A stretch of DNA of 64,000 bases from an uncultured Solirubrobacteraceae bacterium. GTDB lineage: Bacteria > Actinomycetota > Thermoleophilia > Solirubrobacterales > Solirubrobacteraceae. Of this stretch, positions 29,951 to 42,982 are shown in pieces. The notes beneath the pieces are model-generated. The model saw only the letters and a program-made list of their open reading frames with translations. It was not told the origin of the DNA and did no database searches. How positions within the stretch are numbered: the first letter of the stretch is position 1; every line of letters begins with the position of its first letter. The translations under genes were made by a program, and so were the position numbers. Location of the stretch: NCBI GenBank assembly GCA_963782325.1, contig CAWAJG010000003.1, positions 343,737 to 407,736 of the forward strand, in the 5' to 3' direction.

Positions 29951-31419
29951 ACCCCGACGGCGCCAGCCACGAAGGCGGACTGAGCGTCCGCGACCAGATC
30001 GAGCGCTACCGCTCGGCGTTCATCGCCGTGCTCACGCTGGTGGCGATCGCGGCGGTCGTCGGCGGTTACATCCTCGCCCACGAGAACCTCAAACTCGCGA
30101 GCTGGGTGCCCGTGCTCGGCCACGAATACTTCAAACTCGAGGGCGAATTCCAGACCGCGCAGGCGGTCACGCCGGGCCAGGGCCAGGCGGTGACGATCGC
30201 CGGCGCGAAGATCGGCGAAATCGCGACCGTGGACCTGCGCCACGGCGTCGCCCTGGTGACGATGGACGTCTCCCCCAAGTACGCGAAGTACATCTACAAA
30301 GACGCCACCATGCTGCTGCGCCCGAAGACGCAGCTGCAGGACATCACCGTCGAGGTCAACCCCGGCGACCCCGGGACCGGGAAACTGCGCAGCGGCGAGG
30401 TGCTGCCCGTCTCGCAGACGGCGCCGAACGTCGACTTCGACGAATTCCTCGCGGGGCTGGACACGGAAACGCGCGCCTACCTGCAGGAGCTGCTCGCCGG
30501 GCTGGGCGTCGGGCTGAAAGGCAACAGCAGGGCGCTGGCGGCGGACTTCAAGCGCTTCGACCCGCTCGCGAAGTACACCGAAGAGATCGCCCAGCAGGTC
30601 GAAATCCGCCACGCCAACGTCGCCCGCTCGATCCACAACTTCCGCCTGCTGCTGGAAGCGCTCGGCGATCGCGACAAGCAGCTCTCCCAGCTGATCGACG
30701 CCGCCAACGCCGTCTTCGGGGTGTTCGCCAAGGAGGAAGCGAGCTTCCGCAAGACGCTCACGCTGCTGCCGGGCGCGCTGCACAAGACGGGCGTCGGTCT
30801 CGGCAAGATCGCGACCGCCACGCACGTGCTCGGGCCCGCGCTGCGCAAGCTCGAGCCGTTCGCGCGGGCGCTCGGCCCCGCCAACGAAGCCACCCGCAAG
30901 CTGGCGCTGAAGACGACGCCGATCATCAAGAACAGCATCCGCCCGTTCGCCCGCGAAGTCCTGCCGGTGATCGACGAACTGGAGCCGACGACGAAGAAGT
31001 TCGCCGAAGCGCTGCCCAAACTCGCCGCGAGCTTCGGCGTGCTCAACGAATTCTTCAACGAGATCGCCTACAACCCGGGGCCGAGCAAGGGCGGGTTCCT
31101 GTTCTTCCTGGACTGGGGCAACCACGATCTCAACAGCGTCCTCAGCACCGCCGACGCCAACGGCGCGCTCGGCAGCACCGTCGTGTACTTCAACTGCGAA
31201 ATCCTGAAAATCTTCGAACCGGTCGAGAAGGTGAACCCCAACGTCCACGTGCTGCTGGGGCTGCTGAAACCGCCGAGCAAGGAAGAATGCATCCGCCTGG
31301 GCATCCTCAAAGCGGGCGCCACGTCCGCCAGCGCCGCGAGCGCGCGTCAGCGCGCGAAGGCGCCGTCGGGCGGCCTGTTCTCGAGTTTCGAACAGCATCC
31401 GTTCGGGGGTAGGGACTGA
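29947..31419 (+). CDS. Mce/MlaD family protein 5
   Basis: AQAVTPGQGQAVTIAGAKIGEI and LLRPKTQLQD; ATGA overlap. Confidence 0.9.
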   Translation: MNPDGASHEGGLSVRDQIERYRSAFIAVLTLVAIAAVVGGYILAHENLKLASWVPVLGHEYFKLEGEFQTAQAVTPGQGQAVTIAGAKIGEIATVDLRHGVALVTMDVSPKYAKYIYKDATMLLRPKTQLQDITVEVNPGDPGTGKLRSGEVLPVSQTAPNVDFDEFLAGLDTETRAYLQELLAGLGVGLKGNSRALAADFKRFDPLAKYTEEIAQQVEIRHANVARSIHNFRLLLEALGDRDKQLSQLIDAANAVFGVFAKEEASFRKTLTLLPGALHKTGVGLGKIATATHVLGPALRKLEPFARALGPANEATRKLALKTTPIIKNSIRPFAREVLPVIDELEPTTKKFAEALPKLAASFGVLNEFFNEIAYNPGPSKGGFLFFLDWGNHDLNSVLSTADANGALGSTVVYFNCEILKIFEPVEKVNPNVHVLLGLLKPPSKEECIRLGILKAGATSASAASARQRAKAPSGGLFSSFEQHPFGGRD

Positions 31420-31420
31420 C

Positions 31421-32965
31421 ATGCAAAAGCGCGCGCCCACGCTCGGCAACCTGCTCGTGATCGTGCTGTTCGTGCTCAGCTGCTTCGGGCTCTTGATGTT
31501 CCTGTGGGAGTCCTTCGGCGGCCCGCTGCCGCTGAAACCGAAGGGCTATCGCCTGACGATCGCCTTCTCCCGCTCGTTCTCGCTCGCCGAAGAGTCCGAC
31601 GTGCGCGTCAGCGGCGTGGAAGTCGGGCACGTCGTCTCGCTCGCCCCGGGCCCCGAAGGCCGCACGCGCGCGGTTCTCGAAATCGCCGGGCGCTACGCGC
31701 CGATCCGCGCGAGCATGCACGCGGTCCTGCGCCAGAAGACGCTGCTCGGCGAGACCTACGTGCAGCTCGTCCCCGAGGGCCAGACCGGGCCGTTCCTGCG
31801 CGACGGCGGTCAGCTCTCCAACAGCCAGGTGGAACCGTCGTACACGCTCGACGACGTCCTCTCCGCGTTCACCCCCAAGGCCAGACGCTCCTTCCAGCTC
31901 TGGAACGAAGAACTCGCCGCGGGGATCGACGGTCGCGGCGAAGACATCAACGCCTCCTTTGCCCAGCTGGAACCGTTCGTGGAAAGCGCGAACCGCCTGG
32001 TGACGCTGCTCGACGAGCAGGAAGGGGCGGTGCGGGCGCTCGTCCACAACACCGGCGTCGTCTTCAAGGCGCTCGCCAGCCGCGAAAACCAGCTGGAAGG
32101 CTCGATCGCCAACGGCGAGCGCACGTTCCACGCGGCCGCCGAAGCCAGCCAGGCGTTCGCGGCGGCCTTCCGCGCGCTGCCCGGGTTCGAGCACAACTCG
32201 ACCGTCGCCTTCAGGGCGACCGACCAGTTCGCCAAGATCGCCAACCCGTACTTCGAAGAAATCCGCCCCACCGAGCGCCAGCTCTCCTCGCTGCTGGCCG
32301 CCGCCAAGCCGTTCGCGCCCCAGCTCAACAAGTTCCTCACCACGCTCGGGCCGCTGACGGCGTCGGCGAAGACGGACCTGCCGGACATGGCCAAGGCGCT
32401 GCACCTGACCATCCCCATCCTCGAAAACTTCCGCCCGGTGCTGCACAACCTCGACCCGTTCCTGCAGTACCTCGGGGAATACCTGCCCGAGCTGCAGTCC
32501 TTCTTCGCCAACATCACCGCCGCCACCCAGGCGAGCGAACAGAGCTCGGACTTCGGCACGGTCCCCGCCGCAGACAAACGGGAAGTGAAGAAGGCGCACC
32601 TGCTGACGGGGATGCCGGTGCTCACCCCCGAAAGCCTCGCGCTCTACCCCAACCGCATCGGCACCAACCGCGCGAACGCCTACCCGCACTCGGGCGTCTA
32701 CGGCTCGCTCGCGAGCGGGCTGCCGGTGTTCAGCTCGAGCTCGTGCGCGAACTCCGCCCCCGCTGTCAGCGGGCCGGCCAACGAAGACGTCTCCGAAGAA
32801 ATCCTGCAGCTGCTCACCCACCCCGCCAACGCAGGCGAATCGCCGGTCGCCAACGAACCGGAAACGGCCAACAAAGTGGCGGCGCCCGCGTGCGTGAAGC
32901 AGAGCCCGTTCACGTTCAACGGCGAAACCAGCGAATTCGCGCACGCGGTATACAAGGAAAAGTGA
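31421..32965 (+). CDS. Mce/MlaD family protein 6
   Basis: LAEESDVRVSGVEVGHV and KTLLGETYVQL. Confidence 0.92.
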   Translation: MQKRAPTLGNLLVIVLFVLSCFGLLMFLWESFGGPLPLKPKGYRLTIAFSRSFSLAEESDVRVSGVEVGHVVSLAPGPEGRTRAVLEIAGRYAPIRASMHAVLRQKTLLGETYVQLVPEGQTGPFLRDGGQLSNSQVEPSYTLDDVLSAFTPKARRSFQLWNEELAAGIDGRGEDINASFAQLEPFVESANRLVTLLDEQEGAVRALVHNTGVVFKALASRENQLEGSIANGERTFHAAAEASQAFAAAFRALPGFEHNSTVAFRATDQFAKIANPYFEEIRPTERQLSSLLAAAKPFAPQLNKFLTTLGPLTASAKTDLPDMAKALHLTIPILENFRPVLHNLDPFLQYLGEYLPELQSFFANITAATQASEQSSDFGTVPAADKREVKKAHLLTGMPVLTPESLALYPNRIGTNRANAYPHSGVYGSLASGLPVFSSSSCANSAPAVSGPANEDVSEEILQLLTHPANAGESPVANEPETANKVAAPACVKQSPFTFNGETSEFAHAVYKEK

Positions 32966-33885
32966 TGGCCGACGAGGACACGCACGAGCCGCCGCCGGCA
33001 TCGTCCCCGCCCCCCGAGCCCGAGGGTGGCCTGACCTTCGGCGAGCGCATAACCGGGTACGGCGCCGTGGAGGAGGATCGCCACCAGTACCACGCGACCG
33101 ACCTCGACCTGCTCGGCGAGGCGGACGACGATCGCTGGTCGATCCGCTGCCTGGACGTGCGCAAGCGCCTCGGCGGGGTGTGGGTCCTGGACGGCCTGAA
33201 CGTGGCCATCCCGGATGACACGATCACGGTCGTGCTCGGTCCCTCGGGGACGGGCAAGAGCGTGCTGATCAAGCACATCATCGGGCTGATGTTCCCGGAG
33301 TCCGGCGATGTGATCGTGAAAGGACAGACGGTCAAAGACCTGACGATGCCGGAGCTGCTCGCGCTGCGGCGGAAAATCGGGGTGCTGTTCCAGGACGGCG
33401 CGCTGTTCGGCTCGATGAACGTGTTCGACAACGTCGCGTTCCCGTTGCGCCAGCACACCGACATGTCCGAGGCGGACATCGCCAGGCGCGTGCGCGACCG
33501 GCTCACCGACGTCGGCCTGGCCGACGCGATGGACGACCTGCCCTCGCAGCTCTCCGGCGGGATGCGCAAGCGCGCCGGCTTCGCCCGCGCGCTGGTGATG
33601 GAGCCGGACATCGTGATCTTCGACGAGCCCGACTCGGGTCTCGACCCGGTGCGCACGGCGCTGCTGTGCGACCTCATCCAGGAGATGCACCAGATCCACA
33701 GGGGCACCTACATCGTGGTCACCCACAACATCGCCTCCGCCCGCCAGATCGGCGAATACATCGCGCTGCTGTGGCGCGGGCGGATCGTCGAAGCGGGCGA
33801 CGCCGCGAGGATGTTCTCCTCGGAGAACCCCTTCGTCCGCCAGTTCCTCAGCGGCTCCGCCGAGGGGCCGTTGACGATGGACTAG
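32965..33885 (+). CDS. Mkl/MceG/MlaF-type ABC ATPase
   Basis: GPSGTGKS, LFQDGALFGSM, LSGGMRKRAGFARAL and DEPDSGLDP. Confidence 0.93.
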   Translation: MADEDTHEPPPASSPPPEPEGGLTFGERITGYGAVEEDRHQYHATDLDLLGEADDDRWSIRCLDVRKRLGGVWVLDGLNVAIPDDTITVVLGPSGTGKSVLIKHIIGLMFPESGDVIVKGQTVKDLTMPELLALRRKIGVLFQDGALFGSMNVFDNVAFPLRQHTDMSEADIARRVRDRLTDVGLADAMDDLPSQLSGGMRKRAGFARALVMEPDIVIFDEPDSGLDPVRTALLCDLIQEMHQIHRGTYIVVTHNIASARQIGEYIALLWRGRIVEAGDAARMFSSENPFVRQFLSGSAEGPLTMD

Positions 33886-33913
33886 CTTCGTAGTGTGGCG
33901 CGGTTCTGTGCCG

Positions 33914-34189
33914 TCAGCGGGTTCGCTCGACATACTCACGCAGCGCGGTCCGGGCGACCTCGCTGACCGAGCGTTCCTCGTCGCGGGCGCGGGCTCGCAG
34001 TGCACGGGCGAGATCGGGGTCCACACGCACCTGAACCCGTGGAGAGACACCATTTCCGCCCAGCGCGGGACGACCGACCCGATCCGGCGTCGCCTTTGTG
34101 AGGTCGTATCCGCGTTCGGCCTCCTCGGCGAGCGCGTCGATCGTCTTCTTCGTGAGCTTGGCTCCGCTGCGTGTTCTCAGAGGCGCCAT
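33914..34189 (-). CDS. RHH/CopG antitoxin (BrnA-like)
   Basis: GRPALG...RVQVRVDPDL...SVSEVARTALREY; overlaps the upstream toxin gene. Confidence 0.8.
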   Translation of the reverse strand: MAPLRTRSGAKLTKKTIDALAEEAERGYDLTKATPDRVGRPALGGNGVSPRVQVRVDPDLARALRARARDEERSVSEVARTALREYVERTR

Positions 34190-34485
34190 TTCTTTGCCTC
34201 CTCGTATTGCGGTCGGTACTTGTCGCGTAGCGGCATGGCGTGGATCACCAGCAGGTCTCCTTCGGCGACTTCGACAGCCATGATCTCCAGTTGGCGCCCG
34301 TCGGCGTCGTCTCCGAGGTAGACGAGGCGCGCGTCGTGTACCTCACCCTCCGATGGGTGTTGCCTGAAACGCAGGCCACAGTGGGCGATGACATATCGGG
34401 TGCTGTCCTTGGGTATGCGATGGCGCGTCGCAGAGCGCGCGAACCGCACGCTTGTCGTCGGTTGTCCAGATGTTTTGTCTGACAT
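34177..34485 (-). CDS. BrnT/RelE-fold toxin-like protein
   Basis: SATRHRI...YLGDDADGRQLEI...VIHAMPLR. Alternative start GTG at 34449. Confidence 0.75.
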   Translation of the reverse strand: MSDKTSGQPTTSVRFARSATRHRIPKDSTRYVIAHCGLRFRQHPSEGEVHDARLVYLGDDADGRQLEIMAVEVAEGDLLVIHAMPLRDKYRPQYEEAKKWRL

Positions 34486-34634
34486 AATACGAGATCAGAA
34501 AGTAGTTGGGACCGTCGATGATCCATACGGCCTGGGACGTTTCTCGACGGTGCGGCGCTTGAGCGATCGAGCGATCGCGCTCGCTCGACGCGCTCCTGCA
34601 GATATCCAACTGTTGCGAGCGGACGCTCGGTATA

Positions 34635-34648
34635 CGAACATGTGTTCG
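34635..34648. promoter_or_regulatory. LexA (SOS) box upstream of imuB
   Basis: CGAACATGTGTTCG, one base before the imuB ATG. Confidence 0.88.
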
Positions 34649-34649
34649 T

Positions 34650-35891
34650 ATGGTCGTCTGCGTGCACCTCCCTCGCTTCGAGCTGGCCGTGGCCGCGGGT
34701 GAGCACGCGCAGGTCGCACGCCAGACGCTGGCGGGACGTGCGCTGGCGGTCGCTCCCCTGCTCGGCGGCGAACAGCGCGTGGGGGAGGTCTCGGGGGCGG
34801 CGGAAGCCCGGGGCGTGGCCAGGGGGATGGCGCTCGGCGAGGCGCTGGCCCGCTGCCCCGACCTCGTGCTCGTGCCGGGCGACCCGGTGCGGGTGGCGGA
34901 GGCGTGGGAGGCGGCGCTGCGCGCGCTGGAATCGATCGGCGCGGCTGTCGAGCCGGCGCGGCCGGGGCTCGCCTACTTCGAGGCCGCGGGCTTGCGCGGG
35001 CTTCACGGCTGAGGTCTTGGCGACGATCGCCGCCGCCCGCCACGCGCTCGCCCGCCCCGCCTGCCTGTGCTCCCGCAGGGGTATCCCTCGCCGTGGGGGG
35101 TGCGCGTGGGCGCGGCGCCGACGCGCTTCTGCGCGCTGGCGGCCGCCCTGGCGGCGCGCTCGTCGCGGGCGCTGGTGCTGGAGGGAAGGGAGGCCCGGCG
35201 CTGGCTGGCGGGACGCCCGGTCGAGCTGCTCGGCTTCCGCGAGGAGACCGCGGCGCTGGTCGAGCCGCTCGCACGCCTCGGCGTGCGCACGCTCGGCGAG
35301 CTCGAGGGACTCGGACGCGCCGCCGCTCACCGACCGCTTCGGGGCGCCGGGCGGGGTCGCCCACGCGCTCGCCGGCGGCGAGGATCGCCCGCTGCGCCCG
35401 CGCCGCGTGGAGGAGCGCCTGGAGGAGTCGATGGCGGTCGGCGACGCGAGCTCCGGCGAGGCGCTCAGGCGCGTGCTGGGGGTGCTGGTCAACCGGCTGC
35501 TGGCACGCTCCGAGCGCCGCGGGCGCACGCTGCGCGCCGCCACGCTCTCCGCGCACCTGCTCGCGGGCGGCGGCTGGCGCGAGCGCGTGGTGTTCCGCCA
35601 GGCGCTCGCCGATCCCGAGCGCATCTGGCTGGCGCTGTCCGTGCGCCTGCTCACGCTCCCCGCTCCGGCCGCCGCGCTGGCGCTGGCGGTCGAGCGCTTC
35701 GGGCCGCCGGTCAGCGAGCAGGGCGCGCTGTTCGAGCGGCGCCCGCGTCCGCCCGCGCCGCGCGCCTGCGCGAGGCCGTCGCTCAGGTGCGCGCGGTGGC
35801 CGGGCAGGACGCGGCGCTGCGCGCCGTCTGCGTGGACCCCGACTCGCGCGTGCCCGAGCGGCGGGTGGTGCTGGCGCCGATTCCGGAGTGA
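34650..35891 (+). CDS. imuB: ImuB-like inactive Y-family polymerase (frameshifted)
   Basis: AEARGVARGMALGEALARCP, VEPARPGLAYF and LARLGVRTLGEL. No catalytic HxDxD-type motif; several frameshifts. Confidence 0.8.
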
Positions 35892-35912
35892 CGCGGTGGG
35901 CCGGGCGTCGCC

Positions 35913-36150
35913 TTGACACGAGTCCTCAACCAGCCCCGCCCGGCGCGGGTGCGCTGGCGCGACGGCATGCCCGCGCGAGGTGGACGGCGAAGCGATCGAG
36001 TCGCTGCGCGAGTCCTGGCTGGTGGAGGACCGCTGGTGGACCGCCCAGCCGCTGCGCCGCCGCTACTGGGAGCTGGTGGGCGAGCGGGGGCGCAACGTGG
36101 TCGTCTTCCACGACCTCTGCTCGGGCCGCTGGTTCCTGCAGGGCTCGTGA
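35913..36150 (+). CDS. Small stand-alone ImuB C-terminal-like protein (frameshift near 35975)
   Basis: RESWLVEDRWWT...RRRYWEL...VVVFHDLCSGRWFLQGS, lying between imuB and dnaE2. Confidence 0.7.
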
Positions 36151-36156
36151 GGTGGC

Positions 36157-39940
<3,784 letters not shown>

Positions 39941-39993
39941 TATGGCGATGGGCCGCCGCAGCAGATGACATGCGGGTTCGATAAACCTGTGGC

Positions 39994-40278
39994 ATGCCCG
40001 ACGCGATCGCCGAACTGCTCGTAGCCGAGGCTGCGATCGACAAGCTCGGAGCCCGCGGCATCACGACCCACGACGCGCGCCAGGTCCCTCGCAACGCTCA
40101 TGTCGTCGTGCGCAACCCGCACAAGACATCCGCCGGCAAACGCCGCCTGCTCATCGGCCGCACCGACGGCGGCCGAGCCCTGACGCTAGTCATCGAGCAG
40201 ACCGTCGACCCGACAACCTGGCTGATCGTCACGGGCTGGGACTCCTCGCCGCGCGAGCGTAAACTGCTTAGGAGCTGA
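39994..40278 (+). CDS. BrnT-like toxin
   Basis: KLGARGIT...RRLLIGRTDGGRALTLVIE...IVTGWDSSPRERK. Confidence 0.75.
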   Translation: MPDAIAELLVAEAAIDKLGARGITTHDARQVPRNAHVVVRNPHKTSAGKRRLLIGRTDGGRALTLVIEQTVDPTTWLIVTGWDSSPRERKLLRS

Positions 40279-40280
40279 AC

Positions 40281-40508
40281 ATGACGCACGATCCTTGGAC
40301 AGATTCTGATCCCCAGCCCGGTGATTTCGATGCCGACCTGACGGCGGTCGATCCGCGCTACGTCGAGGCCCACGTCGGCAATCCCGACGCTAAGTTGACA
40401 ATCGTCGTTGGCGTCGAGGATGAGGACGCCGAGCGGCTGCAGCGGCTCGCCGCGCGCCGCCACCAGCGGCCTGCCGAAGTAGTCGCAGACCTGCTCCGCA
40501 GTGCCTGA
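40281..40508 (+). CDS. Cognate antitoxin (C-terminal RHH-like)
   Basis: 75 aa protein after the toxin, ending LQRLAARRHQRPAEVVADLLR. Confidence 0.7.
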   Translation: MTHDPWTDSDPQPGDFDADLTAVDPRYVEAHVGNPDAKLTIVVGVEDEDAERLQRLAARRHQRPAEVVADLLRSA

Positions 40509-40581
40509 CCAACCGCGTCGGCCTAGGATGCATGTCGGTGCCGGCCGGCACCTCCACGCGTATGAGAGGGGATAGATTTCC

Positions 40582-41586
40582 ATGAGCGACCACAACCGCC
40601 GCCTGGTGTTGGCGGAGCGTCCGTCGGGGATGGTGGACGACAGCACCGTCCGCATGGAGGAGGCCGAGGTGCCCGTGCCGGGCGACGGCGAGGCTCTCGC
40701 CCGCGTGCGCTACGTCTCGATCGACCCGACGATCCGCACCTGGATGGACGACCTCCCCGGCTACCTGCCGCCGATAGCGATAGACGAAGTGGTGCGCAGC
40801 GGCGGCGTCGCCGAGATCTTGGAGAGCAAGAGCGACGACTACGCGCCAGGCGATCTCGTGTTCGGCTTCACGGGCTGGCAGGACTACGTGCTGGCAAGCC
40901 AAGCGGGTGGCTACCAGAGCCTGCCCGAGGGCGTCCCGCCGACGCTGGCGCTCAGCCTGTTCGGCATCACGGGCATGACCGCCTATTTCGGACTGCTCGA
41001 CGTGGGCAAGGTGAACGCAGGCGACGTCGTGGTCGTCAGCGGCGCAGCCGGCGCGACCGGCTCGACGGTGGGCCAGATCGCCAAGATCAAGAACGCGGGG
41101 AAGGTGATCGGGATCGCGGGCGGGCCCGAGAAGTGCGCCCACATCGTCGAGGAGCTCGGCTTCGACACGGCGATCGACTACAAGAACGAGGATGTCGCGG
41201 CGCGCCTGCGCGAGGAGGCGCCTGAGGGCATCGACCTGTATTTCGACAACGTCGGCGGGGAGATCCTCGACGCGTGCCTCGCCCAGCTCGCGTTGCGCGG
41301 GCGGATCGTGCTGTGCGGGGCGATCGCGAGCTACAATGATCGCAGCTCCGCACGCGGTGTCTTCAACACCTCTGCGTTGATAATCAGGCGCGGGCGCATG
41401 GAGGGCTTTCTGATCCTCGACTACTTCGACCGGCTACCGGCCGCACGCGAAGAGATGGCAGCTTGGTTGGCCGAAGGCAAGATCAAGTCCTCCGAGCACG
41501 TCGTCGAGGGCTTGGAGAATGCGCCCGACGCGCTCAACCTGCTGTTCACGGGTGGGAACACCGGCAAGGTGATCGTCAAGGTCTAG
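40582..41586 (+). CDS. NADP-dependent oxidoreductase (PTGR/CurA family)
   Basis: SIDPTIRTWM, GMTAYFGL, VSGAAGATGS, YFDNVGG and GNTGKVIV. Confidence 0.93.
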   Translation: MSDHNRRLVLAERPSGMVDDSTVRMEEAEVPVPGDGEALARVRYVSIDPTIRTWMDDLPGYLPPIAIDEVVRSGGVAEILESKSDDYAPGDLVFGFTGWQDYVLASQAGGYQSLPEGVPPTLALSLFGITGMTAYFGLLDVGKVNAGDVVVVSGAAGATGSTVGQIAKIKNAGKVIGIAGGPEKCAHIVEELGFDTAIDYKNEDVAARLREEAPEGIDLYFDNVGGEILDACLAQLALRGRIVLCGAIASYNDRSSARGVFNTSALIIRRGRMEGFLILDYFDRLPAAREEMAAWLAEGKIKSSEHVVEGLENAPDALNLLFTGGNTGKVIVKV

Positions 41587-41700
41587 CGGAGCTGCGCACA
41601 GCCTTCGTGGCGTCCGAACGAGGGGGCTCGGTCGAGGAGCGCGTCGCCGAGGGCAGCCCTCCTTCGACGTCGCATCGGTGGTTCGCCGTCGGTGCCGAAA

Positions 41701-41727
41701 GCGGGAGCGACGGGGGTCGAACCCGCG
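41701..41727 (-). other. tRNA 3'-end-like fragment (possible att-site remnant)
   Basis: CGCGGGTTCGACCCCCGTCGCTCCCGC has the T-arm plus acceptor 3' strand pattern; no D or anticodon arm upstream. Confidence 0.5.
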
Positions 41728-41760
41728 TTTGTCACCCCGCGATCGAGATCCGGCTGTAGT

Positions 41761-41958
41761 TCAGGCCAGACGCTGTGAAAACTGCGCGGGCGTCTCGATC
41801 GGCGGTTGGGTCTCGGCGAGGTCGGTGAGATCACGGTCTCCCGAGATGAGCACACCAACCTTTGCCGAGCGAGCCAGCGCCAGCAGGTAGTCGTCGTCCG
41901 AGCGGGCTGCCGAGACGAGAACGTTGACGTCGGCCACTGCCCGAAGCTGGGCGCTCAC
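41761..41958 (-). pseudogene. PIN-domain toxin with an internal deletion
   Basis: AVADVNVLVSAAR joined directly to DDDYLLALA...LISGDRDL; the central part of the PIN domain is missing. Confidence 0.7.
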
Positions 41959-42257
41959 CCCGCTACGCGGCCCCGGCTCTTGGCGGCGCGCTCGCGCCGG
42001 GCAGCGCGCGTCTCGCTAACCGCCAGCGCCATCGACTGCTCATCGTCCAAGTCGCTTAGTGCTGGGCGCGCGCGCAGCTCGTCAAGGAGCCGGCGCATGT
42101 CCTTGCGGGCAGCTTCTCCGCGTCCCGCGTCCACCACGTAGGCGCGCAGGGCATCCTCCACCAGCTGGCTCTCGCTGCAATGCGTAGCAACAGCAGTCAT
42201 CTTCGTAGCCGTCAACACGCCCTCATCGATGTAGTACGTCGTCTTGCGCTTCGCCAT
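41955..42257 (-). CDS. RHH-type antitoxin
   Basis: MAKRKTTYYIDE...SESQLVEDALRAY; GTGA overlap with the PIN gene. Confidence 0.8.
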   Translation of the reverse strand: MAKRKTTYYIDEGVLTATKMTAVATHCSESQLVEDALRAYVVDAGRGEAARKDMRRLLDELRARPALSDLDDEQSMALAVSETRAARRERAAKSRGRVAG

Positions 42258-42263
42258 ACCTCC

Positions 42264-42292
42264 ACTCTAGCCAGGTGACGTCAAACCGTCAA
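42264..42292 (-). promoter_or_regulatory. Sigma70-type promoter with overlapping operator-like palindromes
   Basis: TTGACG-N17-TAGAGT-N6-ATG; palindromes CCGTC-AA-GACGG and TGACGTCA. Confidence 0.7.
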
Positions 42293-42394
42293 GACGGCAT
42301 GCGCCATCGGGCAGCGTGCCGTGCAGCGGCGAGTCGCTAACTTCGAGGAACCGCATCAGGCCGCGGATAACCTCTTGATCGGCGCGCGCTGGCG

Positions 42395-42913
42395 TCATTC
42401 GAGCGTGAAGCACTCGCCCATGCCGAGCCTCTTGGCGGCGGCGACGTTGCCGGTTATCGATCTGGAGAGCGCGCTGGAGACCGCTTCGCCGATGTTGTTT
42501 TCCTGGTGGGCGACCGCATTGGAGATCTCGAGGGCGTCGTTCGCCTCTTCCGCGTACGCCCGTAGGAGCTGCTGGACGGCCGCGGCTTCCGCGGGCGGCT
42601 CCTTCAAGGCGCGCAGGCGCTCGTCGGCGTCGTGCGCGATCGTCGCGGCCTCGCGCGCGAGCGAGACGAACGCCTGGTTGGCCTCCGCGACCGGCTCTCC
42701 TTTCAGCGCCTGCTCACGCGCCTTCAGCGGCCGCTCCTGAGCGCCCGCGCTGGCGCAGACCGCGCTCGCCTGGGCGACGAACTGCCCGCGGGTCACTTGC
42801 ACGGCCGTCGTGGTCGCGCTCGTCGTCTTGGTGCTCGTGCCGCCGCAGCCCGCGACCCCGAGCGCTCCGAGTACGACCACGAGACCGAGCGCAGATGTCG
42901 ATCGGCTCGCCAC
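42395..42913 (-). CDS. Lipoprotein
   Basis: Lipobox GVAGC, Thr-rich linker and helical domain with a Cys pair. Confidence 0.75.
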   Translation of the reverse strand: MASRSTSALGLVVVLGALGVAGCGGTSTKTTSATTTAVQVTRGQFVAQASAVCASAGAQERPLKAREQALKGEPVAEANQAFVSLAREAATIAHDADERLRALKEPPAEAAAVQQLLRAYAEEANDALEISNAVAHQENNIGEAVSSALSRSITGNVAAAKRLGMGECFTLE

Positions 42914-42982
42914 GCGCCCGATGTTCGCACAGTCGCGCCCCGCTCCGCCACAGCGCACGCGGGCTGCCGTTAGGCTGCGTGC

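Noticed and set aside
41690-41770. Complete tRNA gene
   Set aside because: Only the T-arm and acceptor 3' strand are present; no D arm, anticodon arm or matching 5' strand.
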